A DNA stretch of 64,000 nt from Hormiphora californensis (Eukaryota > Animalia > Ctenophora), in contig CM035359.1 in NCBI GenBank assembly GCA_020137815.1, forward strand, positions 6,758,001 to 6,822,000. Direction: 5' to 3'. Position 1 is the stretch's first letter, and the number at the start of each line of letters is the position of its first letter. The notes under the pieces were generated by a model that had not been told where the DNA came from, ran no database searches, and worked only from the letters and a program-made list of their open reading frames with translations. Positions 59,137 through 64,000 of this stretch are shown one piece after another. Both the position numbers and the translations under genes were made by a program.

Positions 59137-59699
59137 GGCAATTTTGCATTTGCGGGCATCGCACTATAGACGCAGTACCCACGTACTATAGACGCATTAT
59201 AAACGCATTATAAACGCATTATAGACGCATTATAGACACACGCAATATAGACGCAATTTCGTAAGCAGCACTATAGACGCAATGTAGACGCATTATAACA
59301 GCAACATAAACGCATTTTTATAGACGCGACGCAGTATAGCCGCATTATAGGCGCACTACCCACCCCAAAATCACCTTATAGACGCACTATAGACGCATTA
59401 TAGACTGACTATAGCAGCACCATAAACGCTACATAGACCCATATAGACGCATGATAGAAGCATTATAAACGCAAATCGCTTTTTATAGACGCCGCGTCTA
59501 TAAAAAACGTGCTTTTTTAAGAAGCACTATAGACGTACTCAGACGCACGCTGCGATATTTGAGGCGCAGTTGGGCGAACTATAAACGCATCTTTGTCGCA
59601 TATAAAAGGAAGCAGTATAGACGCATTATAGACGCATTATAGCCGCATGTGAGCGAAATCGATAAAGACGCAATATAGACGCAAAATAAGAAGGAGATC

Positions 59700-59738
<39 letters not shown>

Positions 59739-60766
59739 GGAGGGAGGGAGGGAGGGAGGGAGGGAGGGAGGGAGGGAGGGAGAGGGAAGGAGAGGGAAAG
59801 AGGGAGAGAGGGAGAGAGGGAGGGATACAGAACCAGATCAGATAGAGACAGATGGAGAGATGGAGGGAGGGAGGGAGGGAGAGGGAAGGAGAGGCCGGAA
59901 AGAGGGAGAGAGGGAGGGATACAGAGATGCAGATGCACAAAGATCTGAGACAGACGGAGAGATTAAGATGGAGATCAGAGATTAAGATGGAGAGAGATTA
60001 AGATGGAGAGAGAGGGAGATAGTCCGTCCATCTCTGTCTTTTTCTGTCTCACTCCGTCCCTATCTCACTCTCTCTCCATCTTACTCTCTATCTCCATCTT
60101 AAACTCTGTCCGTCTGTCTCAGGTCTTTAAGTTTATCCATCTGTCTCTGTCCCTGTATCCCTCCCTCCCCCTTTCCATCTCCTTCGCTCTCCTCCCTCGC
60201 TCTCCCTCTCCTTCTTATTTGCGTCTATATTACGTCTTTATCGATTTCGCACACATGCGGCTATACTGCGTCTATAATGCGTCTATACTGCTTCCTTTTA
60301 TATGCAACAAAGATGCGTTTATAAAACGCCCAACTGCGCCTCAAATATCGCATTGTAGCCTGGAGTACGTCTATAGTGCTTCTTAAAAAAGCACGTTTTT
60401 TATAGACGCGGCGTCTATAAAAAGTGATTTGCGTCTATAATGCTTCTATCATGCGTCTATATGGGTCTATGTAGCGTTTATGGTGCTGCTATAGTCAGTC
60501 TATAATGCGTCTATAGTGCGTCTATAAGGTGATTTTGGGGTGGGTAGTGCGCCTATAATGCGGCTATACTGCGTCGCGTCTATAAAAATGCGTTTATATT
60601 GCTGTTATAATGCGTCTATATTGCGTCTATAGTGCTGCTTACGAAATTGCGTCTATATTGCGTGTGTCTATAATGCGTCTATAATGCGTTTATAATGCGT
60701 TTATAATGCGTCTATAGTACGTGGGTACTGCGTCTAAAGTGCGATGCCCGCAAATGCAAAATTGCC
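59137..60766. mobile_element. 1.63-kb foldback element with 9-bp TSD (Mutator/FB-like)
   Basis: GAATCTTTT|ggcaattttgcatttgcgggcatcgcac ... gtgcgatgcccgcaaatgcaaaattgcc|GAATCTTTT. Arms are built from tatagacgcat subrepeats around a GA/CT core. Confidence 0.93.
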
Positions 60767-60938
60767 GAATCTTTTGAGATAGCACTATATATGATACTTT
60801 ATAATCTCAATGATGGATTGTTAGAGGCTATTTTCGGGAATACAACACGGAGAAGGTAATAAGTTAACGGTACAAGTAATCATTAACAAACAAGCTACAA
60901 GAGAGCTGTACACAATAACGTGGCTTATAACGGAATAC

Positions 60939-60940
<2 letters not shown>

Positions 60941-61011
<71 letters not shown>

Positions 61012-61022
61012 AGAGAGAGAGA
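60941..61022. repeat. (GA)n microsatellite
   Basis: Directly visible. Confidence 0.95.
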
Positions 61023-64000
61023 TTAAGTGTTGCGGCAAAAGCATCATGTATACACAATAATAGACGCAGATACCACAGATCTAGAACTTTCCTGAAAAGA
61101 TATACACAATACACCTGGTACACGTGTACGTGCCCACTGCCCAGTAACAGCCCAACACGTTAAGTAAGTTTTTACACGGACCTAAAATGGGGTTTATACT
61201 TGGTAACTTGGTGCCCACTGCTCTCTGTGCAAGATCCAAAAAGAGCGGTGTGGGGTGGGGTGGGGTGGGATGGTGTCGGGTGGGGTGGGTTGGAGTGGGG
61301 TGCCGGAGTGGGGTGGGGTGGTTGGGTTGGGTTTGGGGTGGGTAGGGCAGGGTGGGTTTGGGGTGGGGACTGGGGTGGGGTGGGGTTGGGTGGGGTGCGT
61401 GGGGTGGGTTTATTTGGTAGACGAAAGAAAGAATAATAAGCTAAATTAAAGATCTCCTTATTTAGCTTATTTTTCTTTAATTCCCTCTCTTTCATCCCAT
61501 GCAACTAGCTCCGTCTGAAAGCCTCAATCAGTGAGTACCATATGTGTTACTGGTTCTTCGATACCACTGTTCAATTCACTGTGCCGAAATCATCACTACA
61601 GGTATATAATGTAGGGAGAGTGAGAGAGAAATGGAGGGTGGGGATGATTGACAAATCACGCCCTCTCTCCCTGCTCTCCCATGGTTGGGCTCTAGTCTTA
61701 TTTCATTGTAATGAATGTTTTCAATAGTTTCAATCCGCGTCCTCCCGATGATTTCAAAATTATATTAAACACCCCAAGAAATTAATTCATTCGGCTGGTT
61801 TTTTACATTTCTTCTTTTTTATTTTCTGCAGGTGCAAATTTGCCTAAAAAACGTCAAACCCATCCCCTATGTTTATAGGGTCAGGAAACTAGGTCAGAAA
61901 ACTCAACTCACCACGTTTCTTGAGTTCTGCAGTTCATCACTACTCTTTTTTGACTCGCACTACAGCTCTTATAGTCCGCTGGCATGTAATGCTTGAATCC
62001 ACGCTAGGATATGACATCATTGATAATAGCTCTGCGTGTTTGTTTGTGAAATGTGAATACTGCGTGATCTTGTCCGCACCGAACACGCTTATTAGACGCC
62101 CCATGAGCAGGTCCTCAGATCCGGAGCAAGATGCCACTCCGCGATGATACAGTGCCTGGCAAATCATATATGTTACAGCTGCATCATGACTGGCTTCTAA
62201 TTAGCTGATGTACATGCTAATACAGGCTGCTTGGTTTGATTCATCAACTCCACTCTATCTCCCTCAAAGGAGCGACACACTTTGAGCTGGATCAGATTGT
62301 GTGCGAAATGTTCATAACAAATTGGGTCGTGATCAGGTACATATAATGTATTATTTCCCTTCCTCAGCTCCCGCGATCCCTTTTCTACTAATTTACTGTA
62401 TTTTTCATGGGAATATTTGTTGTTGTGTTTGAAAAGTGTACCGAGAAGTGCACAGGGATTGTTGATTGAGAAGGAATAAAAATAAGTTAATATTATGGGT
62501 TTTATTTCTTCACGTCAGAGTCAGATCGTTAAATTAAGAGTTGATTTGTTGTTGAAAGCTATGTCTTATAAAGTAGTTCACTTGTTCGAAAAGAGCTCAA
62601 TTAGAATACGAATGTCATGCATCACAAAATTCCTCTTTTGTACATTTCAGACTCTCTCGTTGGCTGTGTGACGGGTTGCCGACTCGAGGTATACACCCTT
62701 TAAGAGTTATACTCTCTAAGTCTGTGTTTTTATATTGATTAGAAATTTTAGGGCCGTTCTTTGGGTTTGATGATGTTTCGTGTCGTGCATTAGCGATCGA
62801 TCAGCCATATAAATGGCTATAAATTGGTAACATGATAACCAAGGACACGAATACATGAATAGCTTAACTCTAATGAACTATACTATAATACCACTATTAT
62901 ATATGGAGTCCAATATCGTATCTTATAAGCTCAAATTATGGACTAAAACATGTATGCTTAGATCGCACAGCTAATCAAATTAAATTGGGGATGAAATGTA
63001 GTGGAAGCACTATATATGTTACACTACCAGACCTTTTCATTGGTGCAGTGATCAGGTATGCAGCATTTTAGATTAGATTACTACAGTATTCTAATCGAAA
63101 ATACTGCATTTCTGGTATACGCGTTGAACTAGCACTACCAGACCTTTTTTATTTCCAATACAGGGAGATGTCTAATCTAGCTTATAGAGTAGTAGATTAA
63201 ATATCGATCCCTGCGCTGATAATGTCGATTGAGTCACGTTCTGGTAACCCCCGGCCCACGTCTTGGTTACGAAGTCACCCCTGTTATTATATTGCATGAG
63301 CTATTATATAACTGAGGGCCAGGGGTAATTTCATTACCAACGGCCCACCCTGGACGTTATAGAAAAGTTAGTTTGATCACGTTCTCGTTACCGAATAGAT
63401 GTCGAGTTTTAAAAATGGCACTAGTACGTGCAATTTATCATCCGTACGAGACCTGGTAACTTAATGAATGCTAAGTTGTATCAGTTCATTTTAGATATTG
63501 GAAATTCTTGGAAATTCTTGGATCTGTGCTACTACTACTTATACTGCACGTTCATTTCACTAGACAGTACACGTGCAGCAGAGTGCAGCAGCCTGTTATA
63601 CTAGGTACCAGAACGAAAATCGATGAAAATTGAGGCGCTCTACTGTACTCCATATTTGGAGTTTGACCAGCATATTTAACTTTGTAATTTTGTTTGTAGA
63701 GTATATTGCTATAGCTGTACTACATACCATGCATACTACTATAATATTATACCGACACTATCTGACCTTGTTTTGCTCAAACTCGCGCGAATAACAGTCT
63801 AACTTGGCAACTCTGACCTGCGAAAAATATTATTCGTAAACACCATAATCATTTACTTTTTTGTTTGCAAACTGGAATTTCCAATATTAAAAAAATAAAG
63901 TTTCCAGTGGAAACTTCATTTTTTCAATATTTTTTAATTTAATCCCCGTCGTCTCATGCAGCTTTCAGGCCCCGGGAAATAACGAGAGTGGTCACGCATC

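Noticed and set aside
61800-62700. Possible exons (acceptor at 61831, short ORFs 61920-62167, mini-exon near 62650)
   Set aside because: I could not build an in-frame model or recognise a product. They may be UTR exons of a gene outside the window.

Overview
Repeat-rich animal genomic DNA with GT-AG introns and no prokaryotic features. A non-bilaterian such as a ctenophore is my inference from the gene types; it is not proven. Five protein-coding genes can be reconstructed by hand. (1) A minus-strand OFA-type MFS transporter whose 3' end is unresolved. (2) A minus-strand single-pass receptor with 8 Ig domains, whose transmembrane exon splices in frame to three different cytoplasmic tails. (3) An intronless, divergent 7TM receptor. 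(4) A minus-strand TMEM45-family gene whose 17.4-kb third intron hosts gene 5. (5) A plus-strand ~1500-aa LDLa/Cys-rich rhodopsin-class GPCR (GRL101/LGR-like, no LRRs) with a ~29-copy acidic 11-aa tail repeat. The rest is mobile DNA: two 5'-truncated LINEs, a tRNA-derived SINE, three non-autonomous Helitrons, three Helentron/DINE-1-like elements (one expanded into a 4.3-kb bipartite tandem array), and at least eight foldback/MITE elements with readable TSDs, including a triple-nested palindrome. Exon models were derived by eye from splice signals and reading-frame phase and have no transcript support.
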